A DNA stretch of 64,000 nucleotides from Patescibacteria group bacterium (GTDB lineage: Bacteria > Patescibacteriota > Minisyncoccia > Phycocordibacterales > UBA918), in assembly GCA_038065355.1 (NCBI GenBank), contig JBBTRC010000010.1, positions 11,452 to 75,451 of the forward strand, in the 5' to 3' direction. The first letter of the stretch is position 1. The number at the start of each line of letters is the position of its first letter. The notes below the pieces were generated by a model. It had not been told where the DNA came from and searched no databases. It worked only from the letters and a program-made list of their open reading frames with translations. Of this stretch, positions 38,054-47,982 are shown piece after piece. The translations under genes were made by a program, and so were the position numbers.

Positions 38054-39148
38054 CTACTTGTTCATGGGCATCACCAAATAGCGAAGAGATTTATCGGTGG
38101 CACCTTCCATTACCATGGCTCGCCCAAGACCGGCAAAACTAAGCTTTACCGAATCATCAAACACATGGGTGAGTGGATCCATAATGTACTGTTGGTTGAA
38201 ATTGAGCCTAAGCTCTTCACCGGTCACGTCGGCTTTAATAGTGTCGGTGATATGGCCAACGTCATTATTTTGTGAGGAGATAGTGAGTGAGTTCGTGGTT
38301 ACTAAAAGCGACACTTGGCGAAACTTATTCAAGAATATTGAGGTTTTTTTGAACGAACGGAGAAGGTCGTCTTTGAGCACAACCACATGTGACACGTACT
38401 CTTTGGGAATAATCTGCGCGTAGTCAGGAAAACTTCCCGTCACCAGTCGAGAAGAAATGTATATGCCGTTTGTGAATTCGATGGCGCACTGGTTCTCGCT
38501 CACCGTACAGACAGGGTCACCTTCGGCGACCTCGCATACGCGAGCGAGCTCGAGAGCGTTTTTTTGCGGAATCATGACGGATTGCTCAAGAATAAAACCT
38601 TTTTGGGGAACCGTCTTTTCCATCAAACGGAACGAGTCGGTCGCCACAAAGGTGAGAGAGTGCTCTTTCTTCTGCTGAATGAAAACGCTTCCGAGCTCTG
38701 GTTTAATTGAGGTGAGTGAAGCGGCGAACGCCACACTTTTAATGCCGAGTGCGAACATGTTCGCTTGAATTGTCCCGCCGGTTTTTTTGAGTTTATTAAA
38801 TTTTGGAAACTCGTCAACTGAAAAAAGTTTAATGGAAGTATTTGTTGAGGCGGTCTCTATTTGGAGAGTTTGGTCTTCGGTACGGAGGGTGATTTGTGGT
38901 TGATTAATGTATTGAATACTTTGAAGAAATGTCTGTGTAGGGACAGCAATAATTCCTTCCTCGCTCACCTTCGCAGTAATACTTAATTCAACACTCACCT
39001 CTAAATTTGTAGCCTGAAGAATAATTTTACCTTTTACCGCTTCGAGCCGAACACATTGTAAAACTGGTAAGGTGACGTGACGAACACTAATTCGACTAAG
39101 GAGCTCAAGTTGTTTAAGTAGTTCGCTGTGAGTAATTGTTATTTCCAT
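38054..39148 (-). CDS. dnaN: DNA polymerase III beta sliding clamp
   Basis: 364 aa, three-domain DnaN-like; directly downstream of dnaA. Confidence 0.9.
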   Translation of the reverse strand: MEITITHSELLKQLELLSRISVRHVTLPVLQCVRLEAVKGKIILQATNLEVSVELSITAKVSEEGIIAVPTQTFLQSIQYINQPQITLRTEDQTLQIETASTNTSIKLFSVDEFPKFNKLKKTGGTIQANMFALGIKSVAFAASLTSIKPELGSVFIQQKKEHSLTFVATDSFRLMEKTVPQKGFILEQSVMIPQKNALELARVCEVAEGDPVCTVSENQCAIEFTNGIYISSRLVTGSFPDYAQIIPKEYVSHVVVLKDDLLRSFKKTSIFLNKFRQVSLLVTTNSLTISSQNNDVGHITDTIKADVTGEELRLNFNQQYIMDPLTHVFDDSVKLSFAGLGRAMVMEGATDKSLRYLVMPMNK

Positions 39149-39475
39149 ATTTTATTTATACATCATTTTACTCACTATTATTAAGGGTGTGGAGATGTGT
39201 AAAAACCAATTATGTGTCGTATTTTAAAGCTAGATTTCTGGTGATAAATACTCATAAAGTGGTGAAATCCTAGTCTGCCGCACGAACTACTTGGGGGTAA
39301 GGTAGAGGTACTGTTTTTTGTTGGGGAAAAAGTTCTACTGTCCCTCTCCCCACTCCCAGCTACCCAGATTCTTATAAGTCACTCTTTACCACACTACTCA
39401 CCATTCTTTTCCACAGATGGTGAGTAATTTTAAAATGATTGTGGTGTTAAAAAATAATCTCCGGAAATTCGGAGG
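39149..39475. other. candidate oriC (dnaA-dnaN intergenic, AT-rich DUE plus DnaA-box-like 9-mers)
   Basis: AT-rich tract 39150-39185; TTTTCCACA (about 39407) 1 mismatch to TTATCCACA, TTTACCACA and TGTGGAGAT 2 mismatches; dnaA terminator CTCCG-GAAATT-CGGAG at 39459-39474. Confidence 0.4.
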
Positions 39476-40858
39476 TTATTTTAGCAACATTCGCACTTGG
39501 GTGATTTCTTCTTCTAGTTCGGTTGATAATTTTAGTTCCGCTTTAATTTTTTCACACGAGTGAATGACGGTCGTGTGATCTCTTCCTCCTAATTTCTTTC
39601 CGATCGCTGGATACGATACTTGGAAATCTTCTCGCAAGATGTACATAATAATCTGTCGAGGCTTTACCACTTCCTTCCGCCTGGTTTTTTCGTAGATGCT
39701 TGCTTGATCGATGTCATAAAAGCGTGCCACTTTTTCAACCACATCGGAAATAGCCAAAGTTTTCCGCGGCCGAGAGCTGTTTTTGATGATAGTACGTACC
39801 TCATCGATAGAGAGGGTGCGACCAAGGAGTTGCGATTGGCACATAATAGTGTTGAGCGCCCCTTCAAGCTCTCGCACGTTGCCTTCGATGGTGTGGGCGA
39901 GGTGTTCAACCACGTCATCGCTCAGCGTGATGCTGTTTTGGGCTGATTTCGCGCGCAAAATAGCCGCTCGCGACTCCAAGTCGGGCGCGGGCAAATCAAC
40001 AATCATCCCTTGCGCGAACCGTGACTGGAGGCGTTCTTCAAGGCCGGAGAGAAGCGCTGGGTGCACATCGCTTGAGAATACAATTTGCTTGTTGTTATCA
40101 TGAAGCGCGTTGAATAAATGAAACAGCTCTTCCTGGGTTTTTTCTTTTGAAGCCAGAAACTGCACATCGTCCATAACCAACACGTCGTACTGGCGATATT
40201 TATCTTTGAAACTGTTGGCACTACCGTTTTGCAACGCGTTGAAGTAATCAACCGCAAAGCGTTCGCTTGTGACGTAGAACACTTTTTTCCCCGTCTTCTT
40301 AATCTGGTTTCCGACCGCTTGGATCAAGTGAGTCTTACCGTGACCGGTTTTTCCGTAAATAAAGAGTGGGTTGTAGGTAATGCCGGGTTTTTCACTCACC
40401 GTCTTAGCGGCCGCGTGCGCAAGCGCGTTGTAAGGGCCAACTACAAAGTTTTCAAAGGAGTAGCGGGGGTTTAGGTTGTCGCTTTTGTTGATGTAGTAGT
40501 CTTCGAGCGGCAAGGCTGCGTTCACAGTCTGATTTTTGGTTGACTCCTGCTTGCGTTCGTTTCTTTGTACGACCGCGTATTCAACACTGCGAACATATGG
40601 GGTGAGCTCTCGGAGCGTCTTAAGGATCATGGTGTTGAATTTGTCCTGCAGCCAATCCCTTACAAACACACTCGGTACTCCAATAGAGGCTGTTCCATCT
40701 TCGAGTGAGACAATGTGGGTATCTCTAAACCAAGTCTTGAAGTTGGCGGTCGTAATAGCAAGCTCTATTTTGACCAACGCATCGTCCCACAATTGTTTTA
40801 CATCAATTTGTTCAGTCCGAACGATACTGTTAGATATTTGATGTGAGATAGGATTCAT
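39476..40858 (-). CDS. dnaA: chromosomal replication initiator DnaA
   Basis: 460 aa; AAA+ GKTGHGKTHL, sensor motifs, C-terminal DNA-binding signature (RDHTTVIHSCEKI). Confidence 0.95.
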   Translation of the reverse strand: MNPISHQISNSIVRTEQIDVKQLWDDALVKIELAITTANFKTWFRDTHIVSLEDGTASIGVPSVFVRDWLQDKFNTMILKTLRELTPYVRSVEYAVVQRNERKQESTKNQTVNAALPLEDYYINKSDNLNPRYSFENFVVGPYNALAHAAAKTVSEKPGITYNPLFIYGKTGHGKTHLIQAVGNQIKKTGKKVFYVTSERFAVDYFNALQNGSANSFKDKYRQYDVLVMDDVQFLASKEKTQEELFHLFNALHDNNKQIVFSSDVHPALLSGLEERLQSRFAQGMIVDLPAPDLESRAAILRAKSAQNSITLSDDVVEHLAHTIEGNVRELEGALNTIMCQSQLLGRTLSIDEVRTIIKNSSRPRKTLAISDVVEKVARFYDIDQASIYEKTRRKEVVKPRQIIMYILREDFQVSYPAIGKKLGGRDHTTVIHSCEKIKAELKLSTELEEEITQVRMLLK

Positions 40859-41018
40859 ACTTCAGACAACCAGTAATGCAATAGGCGTAACTTGCATTAT
40901 ACTCGTGTCAAAAGAACTGTAAATGTTTTTGGCGTTTTAGGCTATTTCAAAACCATTTTTCAAATTTGAAAATGCAACTGTGCATAACGTGTGCACAACT
41001 ATTCAACCAATGTAGAGA

Positions 41019-41120
41019 GCTCGTTCTCCACTACATATTTTGAGCGTCCGCGGGGGTAAAGTGCTTGTAGTAGTAACCAAACATCGGAGCGTGTGAAAAA
41101 TATGTAGTGGGGAACGAGCG
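41019..41120 (+). repeat. palindromic repeat element family, copy 1 (upstream of dnaA)
   Basis: conserved core ACATATTTTGAGCGTCCGCGGGGGTA..AACCAAACATCGGAGCGTGTGAAAAATATGT flanked by copy-specific inverted arms GCTCGTTCTCCACT / AGTGGGGAACGAGC. Confidence 0.6.
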
Positions 41121-41181
41121 TCGAGTATTCCCATTGAATATTTTACATAATCATGTATAGTTGCGCGGTAATCTACAACCT

Positions 41182-41331
41182 ATGCCAAAACGAACCTACC
41201 AACCAAGCAAGCGCAAGCGAGCCACTACCCACGGTTTTCTCGTACGGTCACAGACCACGAGCGGTGCCAAGGTGCTCCGCGCCCGTCGCCGCAAAGGTCG
41301 CGCACGATTAACGGTTAAAAAAGCTCGCTAA
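41182..41331 (+). CDS. rpmH: 50S ribosomal protein L34
   Basis: 49 aa [25 protein letters not shown]...; below ORF-track size cutoff; classic rpmH-rnpA-yidC order. Confidence 0.85.
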   Translation: MPKRTYQPSKRKRATTHGFLVRSQTTSGAKVLRARRRKGRARLTVKKAR

Positions 41332-41363
41332 GAGCTTTTTTTGATTGTTATACTAGAGTATCT

Positions 41364-41696
41364 ATGCTCAAAAAAAGTGAACGTGTAGGCCGTAAGGACT
41401 TCAGCGTCTTTTTTAAGTCTGGCCGCCGCTTCCAGTCCCCCCACACGACTATCATCTACACTCCCCACCCGACATTGGCTGGTTCGGTCGTGGTGAGCAA
41501 GAAGGTGAGCAACAAAGCGGTCGAACGAAACAAACTTCGCCGCCGTGTGTATGACGCACTCCGGCAGACTCTAAAGACGCAAAAGAAAACCGGCGTGTTC
41601 ATTGTGGTTGTAAAGCCATCCATTCGTTCGCTTCCGCGCGCCGAGCAAAGAAGCCACCTGCTCGCGCAAATTGGACAGGTAGTCAAAAGCACGTAA
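41364..41696 (+). CDS. rnpA: RNase P protein component
   Basis: 110 aa basic protein with RNR-like motif region (KLRRRVYDALRQ). Confidence 0.8.
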   Translation: MLKKSERVGRKDFSVFFKSGRRFQSPHTTIIYTPHPTLAGSVVVSKKVSNKAVERNKLRRRVYDALRQTLKTQKKTGVFIVVVKPSIRSLPRAEQRSHLLAQIGQVVKST

Positions 41697-41708
41697 AATA
41701 GGCAAATT

Positions 41709-42440
41709 ATGTTTAGCTTCATCTGGCACACATTTTTCTTTGACCCAATTTACAATATGTTGGTGTTCTTTGTTGACACCTTCCCTCATGGGGATGTTGG
41801 TCTCGCGATTGTCGCTACCGTCCTTTTGGTGAAGCTGGTGCTCTTACCACTTTCGATCAAGGCGCTCCAAACCCAGAAAATCATGCGTGAGATCGAACCG
41901 AAACTGAAAGAGATTCGGGAAACTCACAAAACTGACAAAGAAGCACAGGCAAAAGCCACCATGGCGATTTACAAAGAAGCAAAACTCAATCCCTTTGCGA
42001 GCATCTTTCTCGTTTTCTTGCAGATTCCGATTGTCATTGCATTGTATTACGCGGTGTATAGCGGTAGCGCCGGTATTGCTTTGCCAAACATTAACCCTGC
42101 AATTCTCTACTCGTTTATCCCAGTGCCCGAAGCTGTCTCTATGATCTTCCTGGGCTTGTTTGATATTTCACAAAAAAGCCTTGTGCTCGCGCTCTTGGCC
42201 GGTGTCACACAGTATTTGTACGTGCATCTATCGATGCCCAAATTGCCTCAGAAAAAAGAAGGCGTCACGCCCGACCTCAAGGAAGATTTTATGCGTAACA
42301 TGCAGTTACAGATGAAGTATGTGATGCCAGTAATTATCACCGTCATTGCCTATACCATTTCAGCCACCATCGCGCTGTACTTTTTGGTCAGCAACCTGGC
42401 GGCAATCGCACAGGAGTTTTATATTCGTAAGCATAGATAG
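41709..42440 (+). CDS. yidC: membrane protein insertase YidC/Oxa1 (short form)
   Basis: 243 aa, 5 TM, conserved TM1 positive patch and amphipathic helix (KIMREIEPKLKEIRETHKTD). Confidence 0.85.
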   Translation: MFSFIWHTFFFDPIYNMLVFFVDTFPHGDVGLAIVATVLLVKLVLLPLSIKALQTQKIMREIEPKLKEIRETHKTDKEAQAKATMAIYKEAKLNPFASIFLVFLQIPIVIALYYAVYSGSAGIALPNINPAILYSFIPVPEAVSMIFLGLFDISQKSLVLALLAGVTQYLYVHLSMPKLPQKKEGVTPDLKEDFMRNMQLQMKYVMPVIITVIAYTISATIALYFLVSNLAAIAQEFYIRKHR

Positions 42441-42449
42441 GGACACCCC

Positions 42450-42545
42450 ACTCCTCACTGTGCATATTTTTCACACGCTCCGATGTTTGGACACCACTAC
42501 AAGCACTGTACCCCCGCGGACGTTCAAAATATGTAATATGAGGTA
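42450..42545 (-). repeat. palindromic repeat element family, copy 2 (minus orientation)
   Basis: reverse complement matches core of copy 1 over about 80 nt; arms CCTCACTGTGC / GTAATATGAGG. Confidence 0.6.
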
Positions 42546-42576
42546 AGGTACCTTTATGGACGCCAACCGTGAAGCT

Positions 42577-42936
42577 TTAAATAGCGAAAGAAGTGAGCGC
42601 TGGGTTGATTTGATTTAAGATCACGACCGACGCGATGATAAGCAAAAGGCCAAGTAGTGCACTTTGAATGTCTTTTTTTGCTTCACTCTTATTACTCACG
42701 ATATCAGTGAGCATCCATTTCACACCGGCCACCACAATTTTCACCACAGCCAAAAAGGCGGCAATGCCAATCACGAGGCTGTAGAGCCAGTTGAGAAAGT
42801 TCACAAACCCTCCGCCGCCCGAGCTGTAGTTGGGAAAATTGAGGATGGTCTGAGCTTGGATCTGTCCCAGCGTCACGAGCGGAGCGGTTAGGATGCAAAA
42901 GACCAGCAAAGGAATAAAAAGTTTCAGGGCACTCAT
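42577..42936 (-). CDS. small membrane protein, possible T4SS pilin (VirB2/TrbC-like)
   Basis: 119 aa, signal peptide plus two hydrophobic helices; first gene of the VirB4-containing cluster. Confidence 0.35.
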   Translation of the reverse strand: MSALKLFIPLLVFCILTAPLVTLGQIQAQTILNFPNYSSGGGGFVNFLNWLYSLVIGIAAFLAVVKIVVAGVKWMLTDIVSNKSEAKKDIQSALLGLLLIIASVVILNQINPALTSFAI

Positions 42937-44165
42937 AGGGATTGTTCGTTAGTTTCTGCTAAGGTGGGTAGCTTATCAGGCAGTGTCAACAACCAAAGCG
43001 AATCATCGTTCTTATTCTGGAAATACAATCGCGAGTCGTCCTTGTAGAGAGACAGGCGTGTGATATCGAGCGCGCGTCCTGATGCAGAGAGAGTGTTCGA
43101 GAGTAGGTCTGTGGACTGATCGGCGACGTTGATGCTCCAGAGTGAATCCGCAAATGAAATAGCACCCTGATACCAGCTGTCGGGTAGGCTGCTTGTAAGC
43201 TCGGTCGAGGTGTCTCGCGCACACAGCATGCGTGTGGCACCACTGGTAAAAATACATTTCTCTGGCAAGACAGGGAGAGAGAGTGGTGAGGTGGTGGTAG
43301 CGTAGACTAGCGTTGAAGAAAAAACAGCATCGGCTTGTTCTGCATACAGAACCGTCGACCCTTCTCCTTCGGCCGTCAACCCAAACCCATCGACTGGAAG
43401 ACGAGTGAGTGTTCCAGCTTCTATTTTATAAAGAAATCCTTCCAGCTCTCTCGTGGCTTTGGGGTAGACGTAGTGAATGCTCTTGGCGGTACTGCCCCAG
43501 TCGATCATCGCTTCTCGAAACGGAATCGTAAAAAGAGTACGCGTGGTCTTTTTGGCAAAGTTGTAAGCTTTTCCAACGACGCTGGAATTTGTTTGTTCAG
43601 CGAAGAGTAGCTCATTATCTTCGGTGGCATGAAGGGACACAACCACACCCTCGATTGGTGTGAGGGCGAGCGACGATTCGGTTTCATTGAGATCAGCGAT
43701 ATACGTTTGTTTTCCACCGGCTTCGTTGGTCTCAATTACCAAGTGCTTTCCGTCAGGCATAATCACCGCAATTTCCGCACCAGGAACGGACGTGCCGGAG
43801 AGTCTGGTTTCTGTTCCGCTCTCAACATCGAGTGCAAAGACATGACCAACGCCGGCTTCAACAAAATACACTTTGGGCGATGAACTACCGGTTGTGACTT
43901 CAGCGTAGCCAGCGACGTGTTTGGTGGTGAGCTGGCGAAGCGCCTTGTCGGAAGACGAGTCGATAACGGTATCTGTGGATCCGTCACCAGCGCCATCTGT
44001 TTCGGTGTCGGTCACGGTGCCGTCGGTCGTGTCACCAAGGTCAAGATCGGCAAACGTATCGCCGGGAGCGGCTTGTTTGTCTGCAAAAAAGAGCAGGTAC
44101 GACCACACGCCAATGAGGAGTAGGATGAGTAGGGCGCCGATGATGATAAGAGTCTTGCGGTTCAT
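42933..44165 (-). CDS. N-terminally anchored secreted protein, beta-propeller-like
   Basis: TM anchor, Asp/Thr/Gly-rich linker, repeated beta-strand blocks reminiscent of TolB-like propellers. Confidence 0.4.
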   Translation of the reverse strand: MNRKTLIIIGALLILLLIGVWSYLLFFADKQAAPGDTFADLDLGDTTDGTVTDTETDGAGDGSTDTVIDSSSDKALRQLTTKHVAGYAEVTTGSSSPKVYFVEAGVGHVFALDVESGTETRLSGTSVPGAEIAVIMPDGKHLVIETNEAGGKQTYIADLNETESSLALTPIEGVVVSLHATEDNELLFAEQTNSSVVGKAYNFAKKTTRTLFTIPFREAMIDWGSTAKSIHYVYPKATRELEGFLYKIEAGTLTRLPVDGFGLTAEGEGSTVLYAEQADAVFSSTLVYATTTSPLSLPVLPEKCIFTSGATRMLCARDTSTELTSSLPDSWYQGAISFADSLWSINVADQSTDLLSNTLSASGRALDITRLSLYKDDSRLYFQNKNDDSLWLLTLPDKLPTLAETNEQSL

Positions 44166-44175
44166 AACATTCTAA

Positions 44176-45141
44176 CTAATACGTAACGCTCATAGTGCCG
44201 CGGGTTCCTTGTAACACTTGCTCGGTGTCTCTCACATGGAATCCGACGGCGGAATTGCTTGATTCGGCAGTTTTTTGGATAGTAATCTGATAAGGGTTCC
44301 CGTCGGGACTCCTGAATTCAGAGCCGTCGATGCTCCAGTCGGCGATGGTGGGATTATTAAATACGCGAGTGTCAAGGTGATACGGCTCGGCGCGGAGTGT
44401 CGTGCTGTTACCAATGAGGGCCAGGCTACTCATGATAGGTCGATGTGATTGACCGTAGAGGGAACTTTCTTCATAAAAATACATTTCAGGTGTCACCGAC
44501 GGTACGTAAATGGCGTGATCCCCCACAATAGTGCCATCGGGGCGACTTATCTGAACAGATAAGATGGAACTCGCACCACGGGGCATTTCAAATGAGACTT
44601 GGTTCCGACCGCGAATCGGACCACCTTCCAGTACTTCTGTGTTTAGACGCCATAAGTAGATAAGGTCGGTACCGAGCGCGCGACCGGTGTCTAAAAGTGC
44701 CGTTGCGTTTACAAGCGCACCAATGCTCGGCAAAGCCCGGCCGGCGTAAAAGTCGGGCACGTGCGTTTGTGGTTCGATCACAATATCAAGATACGAAGGC
44801 AGAATGGTAGTCGAGAGTACCCGCTGGCCACCCTGTGGAGTCGAGAGTACCGCCTCAAGTGTGTGACGTGAACCTACGGCTCCCGCGACCACGTTCACCT
44901 CTCGTTTGTTGTCGCCGTTTGGAATCACCTGACCATTCAATCGCCACCGGATACCCGAGCCGCCGAGTGAACTATAGTCGTTCACCTTTGCCGAGACCGT
45001 CTCGCCTGGCTTGGGGAAAGCCGGCTGTAGTTCAATCGTGTCGGCTGGAGTAAGCAATTCGGTAGGATTAATCTGCGCCAAGGCTGGCTGACAGGCTCCC
45101 CACAACACTATAGAAACAAGCGCGCTCGTAAAAATCCTCAT
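44176..45141 (-). CDS. secreted protein (signal peptide MRIFTSALVSIVLWGA...)
   Basis: ORF with internal start giving a clean signal peptide; beta-rich. Confidence 0.4.
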   Translation of the reverse strand: MRIFTSALVSIVLWGACQPALAQINPTELLTPADTIELQPAFPKPGETVSAKVNDYSSLGGSGIRWRLNGQVIPNGDNKREVNVVAGAVGSRHTLEAVLSTPQGGQRVLSTTILPSYLDIVIEPQTHVPDFYAGRALPSIGALVNATALLDTGRALGTDLIYLWRLNTEVLEGGPIRGRNQVSFEMPRGASSILSVQISRPDGTIVGDHAIYVPSVTPEMYFYEESSLYGQSHRPIMSSLALIGNSTTLRAEPYHLDTRVFNNPTIADWSIDGSEFRSPDGNPYQITIQKTAESSNSAVGFHVRDTEQVLQGTRGTMSVTY

Positions 45142-45190
45142 AGCTCTATCATACCAGACCCCGCCTAGTGGAATCATACTCATGCATCCC

Positions 45191-46168
45191 CTATTTGGGA
45201 TATCGCCAGACCACCAGTGTCCAGAAGAAAAACCAGGGAATCAGGCTTAAAAACGGGACTAGTCCGGCGTAGCCGAAAAGCGCAAAGAAAAACATGCCCA
45301 GTTTCGTACCCGCTTTTTCACCGCTAAAGGGCTTCAGACCACTAAACAGGTAAATAAAGCTGGCGATGAGGAGCGTAATAATGCCGACCGATAACACAAT
45401 GAGCTCAGCGAGGAGGAATAAAGTTTGGGGGTTGATAGCGGTACCCACCCCGTCGATGACTGCTTCGAGATCGACACCCGTCACCGCGTGGATGGCGTAA
45501 CTGCCTACGGTTTTATTGCCTATATGAGGAGTTGTACTTTTTGCCACCCAAGCGATTCCGTTCGCTATTTTTCCGACGCCATTCACGACTTCTTCTGAAA
45601 GTACTGCGCTCGCCGCGGCATGACTAGCTTTGCCTGCTTCATCAGCTAAGCCCATGACCCCGAAAGCGAACAAGCCAAGAAAAGCACCCATTAGCTGCAG
45701 TGTGCCGTATAGCAGAAAACCAAATGACCAAATCCAGAGGTTGGTGCGGGTCGCTTTGGCCCGTTCGCCAAGCGAAGCTCGTTTGGCACGAAGCCGCCTA
45801 GCTTGCCTATCAGCTTCGTCTCGATTTCGATTGATGATGTACCTAGCTCGATTGGCCAGAGTCGCCGCCCCCCCGGCCGCAGCAAGTGGAACTCCAACGA
45901 TAGCACCAATGCCGGTGCCGCTCAGTGCGGCACCGGCTCTCATCGCGGCCGTGCCGGCCGCAGAAGTGGTTTTGCCCATAACTTGTACTCCCTTTCCGCC
46001 TCCTCGTAGAGTCGGGCCGGCAACTTTTCCACTTTGGCGGGCATGGGGATTTTTCTGCTCCACTTTTACGTTCCGGATTGGTGCCGCAAAACCGACCGAT
46101 GGTTGCAGACCCCGCGTGGCGTACTCTGCGTTGAACATTTCGTCAGTCGTTGGCCGAGTGGGCTCCAT
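45191..46168 (-). CDS. membrane protein with Ala/Gly-rich N-region and about 4 C-terminal TM helices
   Basis: possible T4SS inner-membrane component (VirB6/VirB8-like slot); no diagnostic motif. Confidence 0.35.
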   Translation of the reverse strand: MEPTRPTTDEMFNAEYATRGLQPSVGFAAPIRNVKVEQKNPHARQSGKVAGPTLRGGGKGVQVMGKTTSAAGTAAMRAGAALSGTGIGAIVGVPLAAAGGAATLANRARYIINRNRDEADRQARRLRAKRASLGERAKATRTNLWIWSFGFLLYGTLQLMGAFLGLFAFGVMGLADEAGKASHAAASAVLSEEVVNGVGKIANGIAWVAKSTTPHIGNKTVGSYAIHAVTGVDLEAVIDGVGTAINPQTLFLLAELIVLSVGIITLLIASFIYLFSGLKPFSGEKAGTKLGMFFFALFGYAGLVPFLSLIPWFFFWTLVVWRYPK

Positions 46169-46180
46169 GTTTCTATTGTA

Positions 46181-47977
46181 CTATACGCGCGTTGCCTGCA
46201 GTTCTTCGCGGGCTTTCTTGATTTGGAGCAGTTGCGAAGGGTCGGAAGTAATGATCTGATCTTCGGTATAAGAGGCGATGATTTTGATCGCTACGTGTTT
46301 GAGGCCGGCAAAGAAAATGCCCTCGCCGACGTTTGATTCAAGGAGCAAGAACTTCTCCTCATCGGTCAAGTTGAAGGTTTTCTGGACGTTGTCAATGGCG
46401 GTCGGCGACTGCTTCATGAGGAGCTGGATCGAGGAGTTTGTGATCATCGGCACGCCATAGGGAGAACGTAAGAAGTCGTCCACATCTTGGGTGATAGTAC
46501 CGATACCGAGGTAGTATTTGCGGCCTCGTTTGGCAAGACTAAATAAGAACGATGCGGTGTCTTCAGATTTCATCATCCACCAGGCTTCGTCTATCACGAG
46601 AAGGCGCTTGGCCAGCCGGCGCCGGATAGACCCCCAGATAAAGTTGGTAATGATGTACATGGCGATGGTCTTGAGCTCGTCTTCCATGTCGCGGATAGAG
46701 AACACCACAAATTTTTGGTTGATGTCGACGTTGGTGGGCTGGTTCATGAAGCCTGACCAAGTGCCGGACGTGTATTTCTGCAAGCGTGTAATCAAAGAGG
46801 CGCTCCCTTCCATACCCGCCAGCACCATTTCAAAATCAGACAACAGCGGCGGTTCTTGTTCGGCAAAGTTGGAGTCCCCAGTGATATCCTTGAGCGCGTA
46901 GGTTTCTTGTATGGCCAGGTCGATCAAAGTTTCTTCTTCCGGCGTGAGGCCTCCCAGCATGAGCCGAAATAAGCCGACGAGCTCGATAATGTGGGTGCGC
47001 AGTACATCGCGTGGATCTTCGTCCGTTGTCGGCGCGGGCAGATCAAACGGATTGACGTGATGATTGGAGGAGAGCGAAATGTTAAAGAAACGCCCACCAG
47101 TCGCTTCGGCCAAATACTCGTATTCTCGTTCAGGATCGATGACGATGACTTCTGTCCCAAACATAAGGGAGCGAAGAATTTCGAGCTTCAACGCGTATGA
47201 CTTGCCCGCGCCTGAGGTGGCAAAGGTGACCGAGTTGTAGTTGGTCAGGCTGAAGCGATCAAAAAGCACCAAGCTGGAGTTGTGACGATTGATGCCGTAG
47301 AGAATGCCGTTGTCAGAAGTGAGGTCAAACGAGGTAAAGGGGAAAAAGCTCGAGAGCGGTTCGGAGTTAAACTTGCTGTGCACAAGGAGCTCATCGGTCG
47401 CGAGTGGAAAGACGCTCTTGAGCCCCTGCTCCTGCTGAAAAAGCGCCTGCTTCACACCAACGAGACGGGAGTCCAGTATGCCGCGCACCTCATTTTCAAT
47501 CTTATTTATTTCGGTTTCGGTCTGGCCGTAAATAGCGAGATAAAAGCCGACGTTGAAGAGCTTCTCTTCGGCTTGTTGTAGTTTGTCTCGCAGGTCCTCA
47601 AGGTTGCGGTAGGCCGCTTCGAGTTGGGGGTCGCGCACTTCCCCTCGCTCGGCCTTCATGTTGATCTGGCTTTCCACTTCCGCCACTTTTTTTTGAAATT
47701 TTTTCAGAGTCTCGGCCGTGTCTATAGGGTGAATGAAGATTGAAATATCAATTTCCCGAGCCAGGTTAAGGACCGGTTCAATCCAGCCGTCGTTGAGGAA
47801 GCGTGGGTAGGTGACCGCGTAGTAAACACGTGCGATGGCGCCGCTCAGGTCGATGTTTTTTGGATTGATGTTAATCGCCGAGGGAGCGATGACGTCGGTG
47901 AGGGTCAGCAAGTGGTCGTCCATGCTGTTGTTTGGCTCGGAGGTTGATTTAGTTTGAAGAATATCAAGAATGCCCAT
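46181..47977 (-). CDS. VirB4/TrbE/CagE-family T4SS ATPase, C-terminal part
   Basis: Walker A GAGKSYALK, Walker B VIDEAWWMM, typical VirB4 middle region (ARVYYAVTYPRFLNDGWIEP). Confidence 0.75.
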   Translation of the reverse strand: MGILDILQTKSTSEPNNSMDDHLLTLTDVIAPSAININPKNIDLSGAIARVYYAVTYPRFLNDGWIEPVLNLAREIDISIFIHPIDTAETLKKFQKKVAEVESQINMKAERGEVRDPQLEAAYRNLEDLRDKLQQAEEKLFNVGFYLAIYGQTETEINKIENEVRGILDSRLVGVKQALFQQEQGLKSVFPLATDELLVHSKFNSEPLSSFFPFTSFDLTSDNGILYGINRHNSSLVLFDRFSLTNYNSVTFATSGAGKSYALKLEILRSLMFGTEVIVIDPEREYEYLAEATGGRFFNISLSSNHHVNPFDLPAPTTDEDPRDVLRTHIIELVGLFRLMLGGLTPEEETLIDLAIQETYALKDITGDSNFAEQEPPLLSDFEMVLAGMEGSASLITRLQKYTSGTWSGFMNQPTNVDINQKFVVFSIRDMEDELKTIAMYIITNFIWGSIRRRLAKRLLVIDEAWWMMKSEDTASFLFSLAKRGRKYYLGIGTITQDVDDFLRSPYGVPMITNSSIQLLMKQSPTAIDNVQKTFNLTDEEKFLLLESNVGEGIFFAGLKHVAIKIIASYTEDQIITSDPSQLLQIKKAREELQATRV

Positions 47978-47982
47978 GGTAG

